A stretch of 64,000 nucleotides of DNA from Carcharhinus amblyrhynchos (taxonomy: Eukaryota), in NCBI GenBank assembly GCA_965287045.1, contig OZ336872.1, positions 31,124,001 to 31,188,000 on the forward strand. Reading direction: 5' to 3'. Below, piece after piece: positions 34,609 to 48,990 of this stretch. The position numbers were made by a program, and so were the translations under genes. Every line of letters starts with the position of its first letter. Positions within the stretch are counted from its first letter, which is position 1. The notes beneath the pieces were generated by a model that made no database searches, had not been told where the DNA came from, and saw only the letters and a program-made list of their open reading frames with translations.

Positions 34609-37371
34609 TTTAACATAACATGTTAATAAATTAAGTTGCTATTTAAACCTCCCCCTTTTTAGTAACACAAACACCTAGTCATAAAAGATAATAACGGATG
34701 AGAAAAGGTTATTCTGTTCAAAAGACACTGGAAGTCATTTCACTGCAACGTCCAATTCTTTCTGAAATGAATCCAGGGGTTTTTGCCTATGTTACTCCAT
34801 CTGGAATTAATTCCAATGATCATTCTTCATGTCTAGAATCTGCTGACATTAGCCATAAATTTGTCATTTATTTGTTTGAATCTATATCCTCTTGTTCAGC
34901 ACTCAATTTAATATTTTGGATTTCCATATCGTTTAATATCTTGAATACCTCTGTGAAATCACATCTCAGACACATGGTATCAAGCCTGAAAAGAAGCAAA
35001 TTTTTCCATGCTTCTTAATAATTCAGGATTTTGATACCAAGGATCAGCTGTATGTCCAGGACTCGATCATTCATCACAGTACTCAAGCTGTAGCCTGCTA
35101 ATTGCACTGTACCATTTGATCATGCTTCCTTTGCTTTGTACTATGATTTTAGCTGTATGGTTCAATATTTTATTGCCTTTGTTGATTGCTGCTCTGGATT
35201 GTAACATTGAGTTTAAGGTTCTTTAGGTCTCTTTAAATTCCATTTATAACTATTTCAGTCCCATTCATAGAAGTGTGTCACTTATTTTATCTGCCAATAT
35301 GGAGTACTTAAGTACTTGCCTGTATTAAACTTTATCTGGTATTTTTATATCAAAATGGTACAATCCTTCCCAGTTATTATTTCTGCAAATAAACACTTTC
35401 GTGCTCTCACTCCAATAAAAAGAGATTAAATAACCCCAACCATGTGGAACATAAATCACACAATTTCAAATACAACCTCATTTGTCAAATAAGCTGTGAT
35501 AATTACAAGTAGGTTATTCGACTGCAGGGTCATCACAGATGTGTCCAATCTTGCCCTCATCCAATGGATGCAAAATTAATCTAATGGTAAAACACGCAGC
35601 AGCCACATAGGACATATGAGTTGGATTAAAGCACACACTGGCCTCCCGTAAAATTGGTCTGATTTTTAACCATGTTGATGTATTTGATCCTGCTGAATTC
35701 ACCCAGTGTTAAATGGTGCCTACTCAGGAGTTGACGGGGGAGGGGGGGGGGGGGGGGGGTAGAGAACAGCTATTGGTAGTCAGCTTTGACAGGAGTGAAG
35801 CATGAAATGGAAACATTGGTGATATTCTTGTGTGGGGAGTGGCAGCACATACCATAGCTGACCTGCCTTGGGGAATTTAGTAGTATACTGAGAAGCACAG
35901 AATATTAAAAAGTCCCAAGGGAAAAAAAGCATTGACTCAATTCAATGCCAAGATTTATTTTCCCCTTCTCCCTCTTAATTAGCCTACTCACAATATAGAC
36001 AAACATCAGAATACTCTGCATCTGGCTGTATTTACTAATGCAGTGTGATGTAGATATACCATTGACAAAGCTCTGTAGCAGTATTTAGTTAAAAACCAAG
36101 GTGCCATTGTACACCAGTATACCAAGCATTCCAAGATGCTTAAAATACAGTAACTAGTGCAACTTGAAGTTACTTTTTCCCTCTGATATAAAAGGTTAAT
36201 TTTGTCAGGACTTGAAGAAACAAGACTTAAAATAAGATCCACTCTCGCACACTGCTGAAAACAACCACAAGAACTTGTGCAATTTAGCTTTTTTCCCCTG
36301 GGCTTCTGTTAATCATAAAGCCAAAACTCTAAAAGATAAAAAGGTGAAGATACAAAGTACATGTCCCAGCAAAAGTAAAAACACATTTAATAGCGATCAC
36401 TTCTAGGATTTTAAACAAAGTGTTCAAACTTTGGTCATTCCTTAAAATAATGGGAAGCAAAATAACCTTGTAATAACATGACCCAAAGTAAACTTTTGAC
36501 AGTTCAATTTATTAAATCACTTTGAACTGTATTTTCTCATTAATCTCTATTTAAGGATCTGCCAATCTGATCTCTAGCCGCCTCTGAAGTCCACACATAT
36601 CCTTGAGTTTTATTAAAGTAGAGGAGGGATTTCCAATCATCTAACTCAGATTAGAGACTCTCAGTAATTAACAAATTGGGCCATGTTTATTTTGGATGTT
36701 AATGATTTTGGCACACAGTGAAGCAGGCAAGAGTTCCACGTGTAACTCAGGCACATGAGCACCCTGATGTTTCACAGCTTAATAGAAAAAGGAAAAGAAA
36801 GAATCTCTGGTCAAAAAGGAGGTTTCTCTCCAGATGATGGTGGCACAATCTTAATGCACAGAAGTCTGATAGTGCCTTGGTCGCAACACTGGAGCAACGG
36901 TGAACATAAACTCCATTCCAAGGTCACTTTATTCCAATGATCCAGTCACCCTGTGGCTCAAAAAGCCAAGTACTACTCAAGCTTTACATTAATGAAAATT
37001 TAGTAGCCAGAAATAAATAGGGGCAAATCAACATAACAAGCAGACATGGAATTAAACAGAATAAATAAGATCCATACGCATGTGATCCTAAATGAATTCA
37101 CTGGAAAACAGGCACAAACTGATCATACTTAACTTTAGCTCGTTGATGTTGGGATATTTATTTGAAGCAATATTCCTCAATTTCCTAGGCACTTTTCTGG
37201 CCTTGTCTCTTCAAGCCACATTTCAACTCAAAGCTTTCACCCATGTAAATAACTCATTTCTGCAAAATGTCTCCCGAGGTGACAGGTATATGATTTATCA
37301 CCTTGGTGAAAATTGAAGTCTGCACTTGAGGAAAATGCTCCTCACGGGATACTGAAATATTGGAGCTGAAA

Positions 37372-37667
37372 GTTTAACATTTATTTGTTAGGTCTTACAA
37401 GAAGGCTTACATTAACACTGCAATGAAGTTGCTGTGAAAATCTCCTAGTTACCATACTCTAGCGCCTGTTTGGGTACACCAAGGGAGAACTTAGCATGGC
37501 CAATGCACCTAACTAGCTTGTATTTCCGACTGTGGGAGGAGACCACAGCACATGGAGGAAACCCACACAGACATGGAAGAACGTGCAGACTCTGCAGTGA
37601 CTCAAGCGGAAATCAAACCCGGGTCCCTGGCGCTGAGAGACAGCAGCGCTAAGCACTGTGCCACCCT
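37372..37667 (-). mobile_element. V-SINE with the alternative tail
   Basis: Plus strand AGGCTTACATTAACACTGCAATGAAGTT...CCCTGGCGCTGAGAGACAGCAGCGCTAAGCACTGTGCCACC. Confidence 0.88.
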
Positions 37668-38641
37668 CAGGTGTACCAGTCAATCCTGTTTTACACAAAC
37701 GTCAGCCTCAGCAAATTGGATGTGTTGTCACTATGGCTAACACGTATCTACCTGAGCACGATCAATTATTGAAATTATAAAGACAATAGAACATTGTAAC
37801 ATAGGAACAACAGTGGGGTATTCAGCCACTATTGCACCAAAAAAAACATATCTGACCTGCATCCTAACTCCATCTGCCCGCTCTGATTCCACGTCCTCTT
37901 ACATTCTTGTCAAGCAAACATTTATTGATCACAAAATTACAAATTCTACTAACAACTACTGTGTTTAGAGACTTCCACACTTCTCCCACCACATATGTTT
38001 CCTAATTTCAACTTTTCTCCAGAATGGCTTGGTTCTGATTTTTAAGGTTATGCTCCTTTATCCCACACTCTCCTGCCAGCGGAAGCAATTTCTCTCTAGG
38101 GATCAGGATATTGAATTTGATGATCAGCCATCATCAAAATGAATGGTGGAGCAGGCTCAAAAGGGCTGAATGGCCTTCTCCCGCTTCTAGTTTCTATCCA
38201 ACCCACAGCCTTTCCTCAGCTGACAAATCAGTACTGTATGTTGGACATCACTTGGATGAAGCACAGAGCACAGAATGGTGATCTTCAACATCCATTACTA
38301 AGAATGGCTCAGTAGCACTGCTACTGACTGAGCTCGCTGAGTCCTGAAGGACATTGCTAACAGTGCCAGATGCAGTTTGGTAGATAAGGAACAAACAAAA
38401 AGGAAAAACCAACTTGACCTCATCCTCACCATACTACCTGTCACAGATACATCAGTTCATGGAAGGATAGGTAGCAGTGATCACCACACAATACTTGTCA
38501 TAAAGACCCATCTTCACATGCTGTGCCACATCAGCATCCTCCCAAATGGGATAGATTCAGAACCAATCGCGGCTCAAAACTGGATTTCTATGAGGCGCTG
38601 AGGGCCATTAGTAAAAGAACAGTATCTAATCACAATCTGTA

Positions 38642-39108
38642 TAAGAACATAAGAACATAGGAGCAGGAGTAGGCCATCCAGCCCTTCGAGCCTGCCCCGC
38701 CATTCAAAAAGATCATGGCTGATCTGTCGCTGCTCAGTTCCACTTTCCCGCCCTCTCCCCATAACCCTTAATCCCCTCTCCTATCAAAAACCCATCAACC
38801 CGCGTCTTAAAAATATTTAGCGAGGCAGCCTCCACCACTTCAACGGGCAGAGAATTCCAGAGATTCACCACCCTTTGAGTGAAGAAGTTCCTCCTCAACT
38901 CCGTTCTAAACCGCCCCTCTTTTATCTTGAGGCTGTGCCCCCTAGTCCTATTGTCTTTTTTGAGCGGGAAGAGTCTTTCCACCTCTATCCTATCCATCCC
39001 ATTCATCATCTTATACGTCTCAATGAGATCTCCTCTCATTCTTCTAAACTCTAACGAGTACAAGCCCAGTTTATTCAGCCTCTCCTCATAGCTCAACCCC
39101 CTCAACTC
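38642..39108 (-). mobile_element. Young CR1 3' fragment
   Basis: ORF 38734-39105 LSYEERLNKLGLYSLEFRRMRGDLIE...; near-identical to 5303-5765. Confidence 0.95.
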
Positions 39109-39200
39109 CTCATGGCCAACACAACCCTCATTCTACCATTACCACCAAGCCAGGGAATCAGTACTGGTTCAAAGAAGAGTGCAACTAGCTACGTCTGGAG

Positions 39201-39453
39201 TGTTGCATAAGGGTCTGGCACATAAAGGGTTAATGCAGGACTAAGTGCAATGCCACCCCTACAGTGATGTAAGACAGCACGTGATCCACACCTAAGGGAG
39301 CACAGTATGGGACACAGCCATGTATAGAAGTAAACATGGAGACAGCTCCTAGCTTGAACCTTCACTGTACCAATGTATATAGTTTCTAGTAATTAATAAA
39401 TACTGTAGAACTATCCAAAACTCTGAATAGCTTAATAAGACTTAACACCTTAC
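39201..39453 (+). mobile_element. Probable solo LTR (Gypsy-like), ~250 bp
   Basis: Begins TGTTGCATAA, contains AATAAA (~39395), ends CCTTACA, and interrupts the old CR1. The TSD is not clean. Confidence 0.5.
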
Positions 39454-40766
39454 AAGGGGCAGCACCAGGCATATCTGAAAATGAGGCGCCAACCTGGTGA
39501 GGCTACAACTCAGGACTACTTGTACGCTAAACGGCATATGCAGCATACAATGGGTTGGGCCAAACAATCCCAACACCAATCGATCAGATCAAAGCTCTGC
39601 CCACCAACCTTTCCTCCATCATTAGGTCAGAAGTAGGAATGTTCAGCATCATTCACAATTCCTCAGGTACTGAAGCAGTCCATGCCATTATGCAGCAAAA
39701 CCTGGACAACATTTAAGCTGGGGCATAACAATTGTGTTACACACCAGAAACTGAACTAGCCACATAAAAACTGTGACTACAAGAGCAGGTAGGAGGCTGG
39801 GAACTCTGTGGTGTGTAACATCTCTGGAGTCCCCAAAGCACACAAATTGCCTGGTTGTGTATGACTCTAATAACACTCAAGAAGCTCGACACCATCCAGG
39901 ACAAAGCAGCCTGCTTGATCAATGCCACCTTAAATATTTACTTCCTCTACTGTTAGCACACAGTGGTAGTAATGTGTGCCATCTAAAAGATGCATTGCAG
40001 AAACTTACTAAAAGCTCCTTTGACAGCACTTGACCTCTATCACTTCAAAGGACAAGGGCAACAGATGCATGGGAACACCGCTGCCCTCCCAGCCACACAG
40101 CATACTAAGTTGGAACCATATGGCCATTCCTTCACTGACACAGGATCAAGATGCTGGGACTGCCTTACACTGTGGGTGTACCTGTTCCACATGGACTGCA
40201 CCAGTTCAAGGTAGCTGCTCAGCACCATCTTCTCAAGGATAATTAGGGATGAACATGTTGGCCATGCCTGTGCTGCTTATCCCTCTGTGAAAGGATTTTA
40301 AAAATCCCAAGTATACTACACCACAAATCCAAACCAGGAAAGGTAAAAACAAATATTTTAAAACATTCCCAATACTTTATTTGTAATATTACATAAAATA
40401 ATTAATCTTTGTTCAATTTTACAATTGTTTTCACATTAAACCATCAGAGCATTTACAATATATTTTGCAAGATTCTGTAATAAAAAGAAAGAAATCAGAG
40501 ATCAAAGGTTATTTGAGCTCAATGAGCAGTTGTCAAAAAGACAAGTTGTACAACACAAATATAAAATCTCAATTTCCAATGAAATGGATCACAATGGAAT
40601 TACACAAATTCCTGGGCAGATCTGCAACTTGGAATGTCTGGCTCAAAAAAATTCCCAGCAATATATTATCCAACATCTGTAAGTGCTATGGTAGACTTCA
40701 TCATTTTATATAGTTTCATAAAGTGTCTTGCTGAGCCAAAAAGGTTATAAGAGACAGCTTGCTTAC

Positions 40767-40936
40767 CGCTTCTGGTTCATGAGGAGTTCTCGATGCAGTT
40801 CTTGGTGACTCTTGGAGGCTTTGACAGGATTAAGGAGCTTCTTGGGCTTGATAAGCTCTGGGTTATCGTCAAAATAATCGGGTTCTGCCATGAGACTTCT
40901 GATCTCCGAGGGATTGTTGTGCCTTTCAGAGTACAT
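40767..40936 (-). CDS. FAM107A: FAM107A first coding exon (exon starts at 40941)
   Basis: catttag|CCTCC ATG TAC TCT GAA...AAC CAG AAG CG|gtaagc gives [56 protein letters not shown](R). The MYSE start is FAM107A-like. The three exons total 444 nt = 147 aa plus stop. Confidence 0.96.
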
Positions 40937-43900
40937 GGAGGCTAAATGAAAGGTGATTGTGTTAATACTGTCAAGGAAAAAAAATCCAACAAGCTCCTAA
41001 ATAGACATGCACTTAGAAAGGGATGGATCATTGTATGTCATTACAGTCCTAACAATGGTCCTTCCCACATAATCTTTTGCCAGTGTCATGCCCAAAGGCA
41101 CATCATACTCCTAACTTCACACGTGAACTGAGCTTATATGGAAGCTCCTGGAACCTCTCTTATTTGTTTAAAATGGCCAATAAAGAACTGTCAAAGTGAC
41201 TGCCAAAGGTTCAGGTGACCTTTGTTTATTTGACACAAACTATCAGGCTTCCACAAAGTTCTGAATTCAACAACCATGAGTGAGGACCTTTCCCTGAAAT
41301 GAGCATACCAGGAGTAATGTTACCTGTGGAATTCACACTTACCACTGCACTTTGAGTAAACTGTCTCCAGGTTTGCAATTTAACAGAAGAAAGCCAATGA
41401 TACTGGTTATCCACAAGTGTGAAAGACCACCATCTATCTCCTATAGCAATGGTCTGCCAGCTTTAAGCCATTCTGGTTAGACAATGCTATTGGTCATGTG
41501 ACCAGAATTGGCTCCTGATAGTGGAAATTCTTCACTATTCCAAGACTCAGAAGAAACCTGGGCAGACTGCAGACGAACACTAATCAGAGAAATGCTGGGC
41601 CATCTTTGAATTTAAGAACCATTGGTGGTCAGCTAGTCTGAGAACCAGACTGAAACCAGCTGCAAGTCATCAAGCAGCCAAAGTACTGAACCTGTTCCAG
41701 TTTCAAAGTTCACTTCAGAACCAACCTCCTTGATATCTGTCAAGAAACCACTTTATAGTAACCATTGGCCACGGAATGCTGTTACAGCCAACAGGACATG
41801 TTACAACATATGTCCCCTCGATAGCTATCTCAATAGAAGGCAGGGATCCAAACCACATATGTACCAATTGTCATAGGGCCAAACAAATTGGCTAAAACAT
41901 TGCGTGTGATCAAGGCAACATCTTTATGTTGGGCAAAAAAATGCTGCCATACTGAAGATAAGGCCAAGGCTGCAATGATAAAGTATCTGGGTTAGTGGAA
42001 GACCCTTTACATTTTCTGGTGCTGGTGAGTTTATCTGCATATTCCAAATACATTCATTGTTTGTGGCACACATATTTGGATTAGGCAGTACAAGGTGTCA
42101 GACAACTAGAGAGTAACATAATATCAGAAAGGAAAAATTGGAGACATGCCTCTCAGGCAGCTGAATCAATATTGGCCACTTTACATCATCAGCCAATGTC
42201 AAAATTACTCCCTCAAGGTGTGACAAATCAGGGTGTGGATGTATAAAGTTTTTTCTATAATACTACAAAACAATGCCCCATAGCTTCCTACCTGCTCTTG
42301 TGTAGTCCACATTTAAAACTATGTGCGCACCCCAAGGGTGACTTCAGATCCTGACTCTGACATTTAAATTAAGTCCCTGCAGCAGGCTCTCTTTAGGTGC
42401 CCAAATTCATTGGTAATGGGGTACGAGCCTACACAGCATGTGAACCCTCCACTTGGACCTATCCCAATGAGAAGAGTGGGTGAGAATCAGACCCACTATT
42501 TGTGCTGAGATATAAAAATATATTTCTTGTAAACAATATTCTCCATTTTTAAACACAGGCAATATTACAACTGACACCAATAGTCCCTTGTCTTTAAAGC
42601 TAATTCGACAACTTGTTTTTGGCATTCCCCAGGGGGCCCATTGGCTGTCAGGTTAATTTTTGGATAAAAGTTGCCATATCGTCAGAGCTTTATAGGAAGG
42701 TCACTTTGTGCTTTCCCACTCTGCCTCAGAGCAGGACTTACAACCAGTATGTGTTAGCACAAAGACTGCTTCTCCAAAACCATTCCTGTCAACAATGGTT
42801 TGAATATGAAATTTTGGGTGGAATTTTCCTCCCTTGCCAATGATGGGAATGGTAGAGGGGGTGGGGCACAACATTCAGTGGGAATGAAGAGTTGGTTCCC
42901 TCCCCCCCAGTGGAAAATTGGTTTGTAACTTTGTTCTCAGACAGATTAAAGGTGAGTCGAATTTTCCGCTGAGCTATGTTGGGAACCACATTTCAGTTCA
43001 TGATCACTCAAAGACCAACTTTCCAGAATCACATTTAGCCTCCAACCCTCCCACCAATATGGGAGAGGTCTCAGGGCATCAAGGAAGAGGAGTTCAGCAC
43101 AACTATTTTGGACTGACTGAAGTCAACTCAAACCACAGAGAACAGGGCCAGCTAAGTGGTGGAGTTGACAGCCTAATGCGCAATGAACTAGCTTGTTTCT
43201 TCATCAATGAGCTCATTCAAGCAAGAATCCATTAAGTTTGTGTGGTTAGTCTTAATCTTATCCTCAGACCCATGTAAAATGGGGAGGATCAAACAATCAA
43301 GGACCATGGCTACTGCACAGAAGCTAAATGGACTCTACAAGCCTCAGGGTACCTTTAGAGTGACCTGGGAGGACACCCTGGGTGCCTAAGTGGCACTCCT
43401 CTCTTTAGGTGCCCGAGGACTCTCCCTGACTCTGGGGTACCTGGAGAGAGGTCAACATGTCCTGACCCTTCCCACTTTGGTGCAGGTCCAAGTACAATTA
43501 TGTGATTGGTATAATTCTTTTAATTGGACAAAGCTAAAAAACTTTTAACAATGAAACATTCCCATTGTGTGGAAATTTGACACTTGTATGGTCAGTTACC
43601 TCTTCTTATGGATATAATGAATGAAAACCATCAGGATTCGATAGCTATTTACAGAATCGTAAAATTATTACAGCACAGGGGGTAATTCGGCCTGTCAAGC
43701 CTGTGCCAATCTTTTGCAATAGCAATTTAATTCGACTCCATTGCTGTATCCCCCTAGCTCAACAAATATGTTCCTTGCAGGTGTTTACTGATTCTATTCT
43801 GAATGCCACAATTGAATCCGCCTCTACCAGCCTGACTGTGCATTCCAGTTCATAACTGTATACTGTGTATAAAGCTTCTTTCCCCTCATGTCACTTCTGG

Positions 43901-44259
43901 CTCATTTGCCAATCACCTAAAAACTGTCTCCTCTAGATCTTGACCCTTCCGCCATGGGCCAGTTTATCCCTCCCTACTATGTTTAGTCCCTCTTGAATAT
44001 GTGGGGTTACTGGGGAATGGGCCTGGGTTGGATTGTTGTCAGTGCAGACTCAAATGGGCCAAACAGCCTTATTCTGCACTGATGATCTTCTACAATGATC
44101 ACGTCTCAACCATCTTTGCCATCCATGTGACTACAGACCCACAACAATGTGGTTAATTCCTAACTGCCATCTGAAACAGTCTAGAAAGTCACTCAGTTCA
44201 AGGCAATTAGGGATGGGCAACAAATGTTATTAACACCCATGTCCTACGAAGGGAAACAA

Positions 44260-44810
44260 TCCTATAAACGTTCCCTGTATCCTCACTGAAGCCATGACAT
44301 CTTTTCTGTTGTATGGTGCCCAGAAAGGCCAAACCAGTATTTTTGTAAAGATTCATCTGAACTTCCTTGCTTTTGTATTCTGTTGCCTCTGTTAGCAAAG
44401 CCTACCTACATACCCTTTGGAATTTCATCCTTTATATTTATATTGCCTCCCTCGTTCTTCCTACCAGAATGAATCACTTTGCGTTATATTTCATCTGCCA
44501 TCTGTCTATGTATTCCACCAACCTGTCTAAATTTATCCTCTTGGAAGTTTATCAATATCCTTCTGCACACTCATTTTGTGTCATCAGCAATCAATGACAC
44601 TGTTCGACACAGACAGACGTTCAAGTTGTTAATATCAGTCAAGAAAAGCAGTGCCCCTGGCACTGATCCCTGGGGAACACCATGATAGTTTCATCCAATC
44701 TGAAGAACAACTATTCCCACCACTACTCTGCTTCCTGTCACTCCACCAACTTTGTACCCAAGCCAACGTTGTCCTTTTATTCCAGTGTTTCAACTTTCCT
44801 AAGAAGCCCG
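44260..44810 (-). mobile_element. Old CR1 RT fragment
   Basis: Minus strand GGTGTTCCCCAGGGATCAGTGCCAGGG (GVPQGSV) and TTTATTTTGCTAACAGAGGCAACAGAATACAAAAGCAAGGAAG-like remnants. Confidence 0.65.
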
Positions 44811-45062
44811 ATATTTGAACAAGGTTAATAAATTCCTGTCTCTTGATAATTCAAAATGACATGTAAAAATAAACAGACCTTTGTAACCAGGGTAGTCTTG
44901 GACTTCATACCCAAGCGGTCATATTTATTGTCCTGAATGACCTCTCTCTGTGAGAATGAACCTTTCATAAACTGAATCTGACTTTAAAATTATTATACTA
45001 AAAAATTTCTGTTGGGCCCAAGAAATAAAAATCCCAAAACATTAATTTTTATGGACAGCATT

Positions 45063-45322
45063 GTTTAAAATTTATTAGTGTCACAAGTAAGCTTACTGAA
45101 GTTATTGAAGCGAAAATCTCCTAGTCACCACATTCCAGTGCCTGTTCGGGTACATGGAGGGAGAACTGAGCAAGGCCAATCCACCTAACCAGCACATCTT
45201 TGGAATGCGGGAGGAAACCTACACAGACACGGAGAGAACTTGCAGACTCCACACAGACAGTGACCCAAGCTGGGAATCAAACTTGGGTGCTATGAGGCAG
45301 CAGTGCTAACCACTCTGTTGCT
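45063..45322 (-). mobile_element. V-SINE with the alternative tail
   Basis: Plus strand TTTATTAGTGTCACAAGTA...GAGGCAGCAGTGCTAACCACT. Confidence 0.85.
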
Positions 45323-46115
45323 CCATTGTATGAGAAACCATTTCAGAGCAGAGGACAATCAACTAGTTTTTAGGTTGTGAGAAAGTCAATCGTTAAGCAT
45401 ATCATTGCTCCTGAGAAACCGATTGCCACAGCATCAATTGCACAATGGGTTCACATTTTTAAATCTAAATATAATTATGTTTGCAATACCTGAAATAAAG
45501 GCCTATGCTTACACTCAATTGTGAAAAGAGATCATAGTGAGGTTTCTTTTTAATTTGACAGGTCTCGTTATATTTGGACCATGCATGATGTAACAGTTCA
45601 TTACAAATTTGTAATGTTTTAAGTACCATTTTGATAGAGATAGGCGATAGAACTGACAAACAGAAACACAAGGAAACCCCTGACAACCACTGAATGAAGC
45701 ATGCTGGTCTACATTAAACATGGAGACAGACAGCATAATCCTGTGAAAGAAATGTCGGTGTTGCAGACCAACTTGTTCTTATCCTCCAGAGCAATTAATT
45801 ACTCACTGCTGCCATACAAAGAACCTTCTACTTCATTACTTACAAAAGCAACAGCGAACTGACAAAGCATAATAAAGCACTCTGATATACTTCAGAGAGT
45901 GGGACAAAAAGCAGCAAAATACAGCCAATGCAGCAAGTAACATCAAAGCTCCCAGCACCACTTCCTGCACTTACACCAAGTGCTAATCTCTATACCAGCA
46001 TTTTAGAATTTCAGAATGTGGAGGGGCAGGAAGTAGGACTATTTCACAGCACAGTTGTGAAAGAAGGGGTAGAGGGGCGGGTGCAGAATGAAGAACTATC
46101 ACTGTTCAGAATTTC

Positions 46116-46398
46116 ATAGAATCCTTATAGCGCAGTAGAGGTCATTCAGCCCATCGAATCTGCACCGATTCTCTGACAGAGTATCTTACCCGGGCTCTCT
46201 CCCTGTAACCCCACACATTTCTCATGGCTAATCCATCTAACCTCCACATCTTGGGGTATTAAAGGGGAATTTTAGTGTGGCCAATCCACCTACCCTGCAC
46301 AGTTTTTGGACTGTGGGAGGAAACCCACGCAGATAAAAGGGAGAATGTGCACACGCCGTCACCCACAGCCGGAAATGAACCCGGATCCCTGGCGCTGC
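46116..46398 (-). mobile_element. V-SINE, CR1-type tail
   Basis: Plus strand CATAGAATCCTTATAGCGCAG...TTTGGACTGTGGGAGGAAACC...CCCTGGCGCTG. Confidence 0.8.
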
Positions 46399-47620
46399 AA
46401 TGATTGAAAATGTTCCAATCCTAGAGGGAAAAATGCCTTTGACCTCTGGTAGATAAGTGTGGGTCCTAGTGAAAGGCCAAACAGCAGTTTGCATGGCGAG
46501 GAATAGGAAGAACTGAGTAATTAAGATGTTAATGTGATCAGTGCAGGAATACTAGTTTTAGTATCTGAGGCTTTTTCCCTGGAAGCAAGGCACTGCAAAG
46601 GACATCAAGAACATTTACAAAAACCGATTCTGAAGTTCATGCACTGCTACCTTTTTAGAAAGCTTACCATGAGGAAAGCAGACTTGCTATTGTTTTGATC
46701 TCAGGAACATTCATCATTCTTACAACATTTCTCAAAAGACATGGTCGGAAACATGTGGTGCCATTTTGCCAACTGCATGTACAGACAAGAAAAAATTGCT
46801 GGCAGACATGGGCCAAGATATTTCTAATCCCAGCAGTTTCCAAATAATGTCAAGAAACAATCCAAGCCTTGCACCAAATTCAACAACTGTTCTTGTCTCT
46901 TGAAGAATAAAACAGCTCTCAAACTGAATAACCAAGTTATTTCACTTTGTATACTTTGGTTCCATGTTCACTATCACTGCACCCACAAATCTGGACAATG
47001 GCCTGACCTCAGTCATTTACAACATTTAGGCAGAGCCCCAGATTTCTGGCAAGTTGACCCCTTGCAGTGAGAGTTAGATTGGCAAAAGGATCAACAAAGA
47101 GGTGAAAAGTTACTGAGAGGAGGTGAGGGGTTTACAGTTGATGCCAAGGGTCGTCATGTAACTAAACAAGCTTATTCTCAGCTGACAGGTCTTTGAACAC
47201 ATGGGACAGGACATCTAATGGAATCTGGAGTGCAGGATTTGCTTCCTTTCCGTTTCTTCTATCTGCCTCTGCTCCACCTCATCATGAAGACATTGTGGTT
47301 CAAAGCACAACGCAGCTTGATTGGTAAAAGCAACCTGGCAATCATTAATATCAATGCTATTATGCTTTAAGGCGAGCTTCAGAGTGAGCTTGAAGTGCTT
47401 TCCTCTGAATTTTTACAGAAAATCATTCAGAACAGGTTGCCAGAATAAAAGGAGCCAAGGTAACATATTTCATAATTAAACAGAAGGCTTCGACATCTAA
47501 TTTCAGTTTTTGTCTATATCCTGGACTCACAGTCGAGGTCTGTTGTTTCCCCTGGAGAGAACCCCTCACCTGAGGAACACTCAAGAACTCAATACTGCTT
47601 TGGGCAGCCAAGGAATCAAG

Positions 47621-47870
47621 GAACTCCTACAATGCAGAAGGAGGCCATTCAGCCCATCAAGTCAGCACTGGCAACAGTGCCACTTTAGGCCCTACCCCTG
47701 TACCCTCACGAATTTACCCTGATACTAAGGGGCAATTTAGCACGGCCAGTCAGTCAATCTAAACAGCACATCATTGCAGTGTAGGAGACAACTGAAGCAT
47801 CCGTAGGAACCCCACATAGCCATGGGGAGAACTTCACACACACAGTGACTGGAGACTGGAATTGAATCCA
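47621..47870 (-). mobile_element. Degraded V-SINE
   Basis: Plus strand CTACAATGCAGAAGGAGGCCATTCAGCCC...GGAATTGAA. Confidence 0.7.
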
Positions 47871-48692
47871 TCAAATTGCTGACCATCCTCTTAACCTTCC
47901 CAATGCTACTATCACCTGGGTTCAGCAGCAACCATGGCAGCTATACCTGTACATCCTCACAACAGGGATCCAACGTGGGACTCCCCACTGCCAATCGCTG
48001 GAGGGTGGGGAGACACAGGGGGACATGGGCCCAGGCTGGAGTCAACATCTAGTTTGAGGGTGGGGACAGGAGGATATGGAAAGTAAAAAAGGATAAATTT
48101 GTTCCAGTAAAAATGATCGAAATAGTCAGTAGATGCAGCAGCATATGTGGAGAGAGAAGCAGAATGTTTCAGGTCGATAACCCTCCATTAGAATTTTCAC
48201 TCGGTGAAAGGGCAGAGGTGAATTGTTTACTGCCCATTCCCTGTTCACAGATGCTGCCCGGTGAGGGATTAGAATGCCCTGCCTGCTGCAGTTGTAAATG
48301 TGCCTAGTTTGGGGGCGTTTAAGAGATCCGTGGATAGGTTTATGGATGGTAAGGGTTTGGTTTAGGTTAGTGGGTCATTGTTTTTTTTAACTGGTCGGCG
48401 CAACATCATGGGCCAAAGGGCCTGTTCTGCGCTGTAATGTTCTATGTTCTAATCAACTTCCTTCATTTTGGGATTTCAATAAGCCCAATATTTGGATTTT
48501 GTTTTAAATTCCTGAACAAGGTGAGGCTATTTTAACTATTATGCAGGCTTAAACCCCTCCACCTCATGTAGCTGCTGGGCTTTGCTGATTCCCATTACAT
48601 CATCCAAGTCTGGTTTGTCTGCCACTGCTTGCTTTCTGACTGGACTCAAACCACAAAGAAATTAGATGGATTTTGAAAGTTGGGGACTGCTT

Positions 48693-48990
48693 AAGTTTAG
48701 TTTACTTATTAGTGTCGCAAGTAGGCTTACATTAACACTGCAATGAAGTTACTGTGAAAATCTCCTAGTCGCCATGTTCCGCCGCCTGTTTGGGTACCCT
48801 GAGGGAGAATTTAGCATGGCCAATCCACCTAACCTACATGTCTTTTGGACTGTGGAGGGAGACCTGCGCATATGGAGGAAACCCACACAGACACAGGAGA
48901 ATGTGCAGACTCCACAGACAGTGACCCAAGCTGGGAATTGAACCCAGGTCCCTGGTGCTTTGAAGCAGCAGTGCAAACACTGTGCCACCC
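48693..48990 (-). mobile_element. V-SINE with the alternative tail
   Basis: Plus strand TTATTAGTGTCGCAAGTAGGCTTACATTAACACTGCAATGAAGTTACTGTGAAAATC...CACTGTGCCACC. Confidence 0.9.

Larger units (their letters stand above)
38200..40290 (+). mobile_element. Old fragmented CR1-type LINE with nested insertions
   Basis: Endonuclease-like remnant NQLDLILT...SSDHHTI (38377-38601) and the AATTAGGGATG 3' end at ~40245. Boundaries approximate. Confidence 0.65.

Noticed and set aside
41190-41810. LTR-like composition just upstream of the FAM107A first coding exon
   Set aside because: No convincing TG...CA boundaries with a TSD could be identified.
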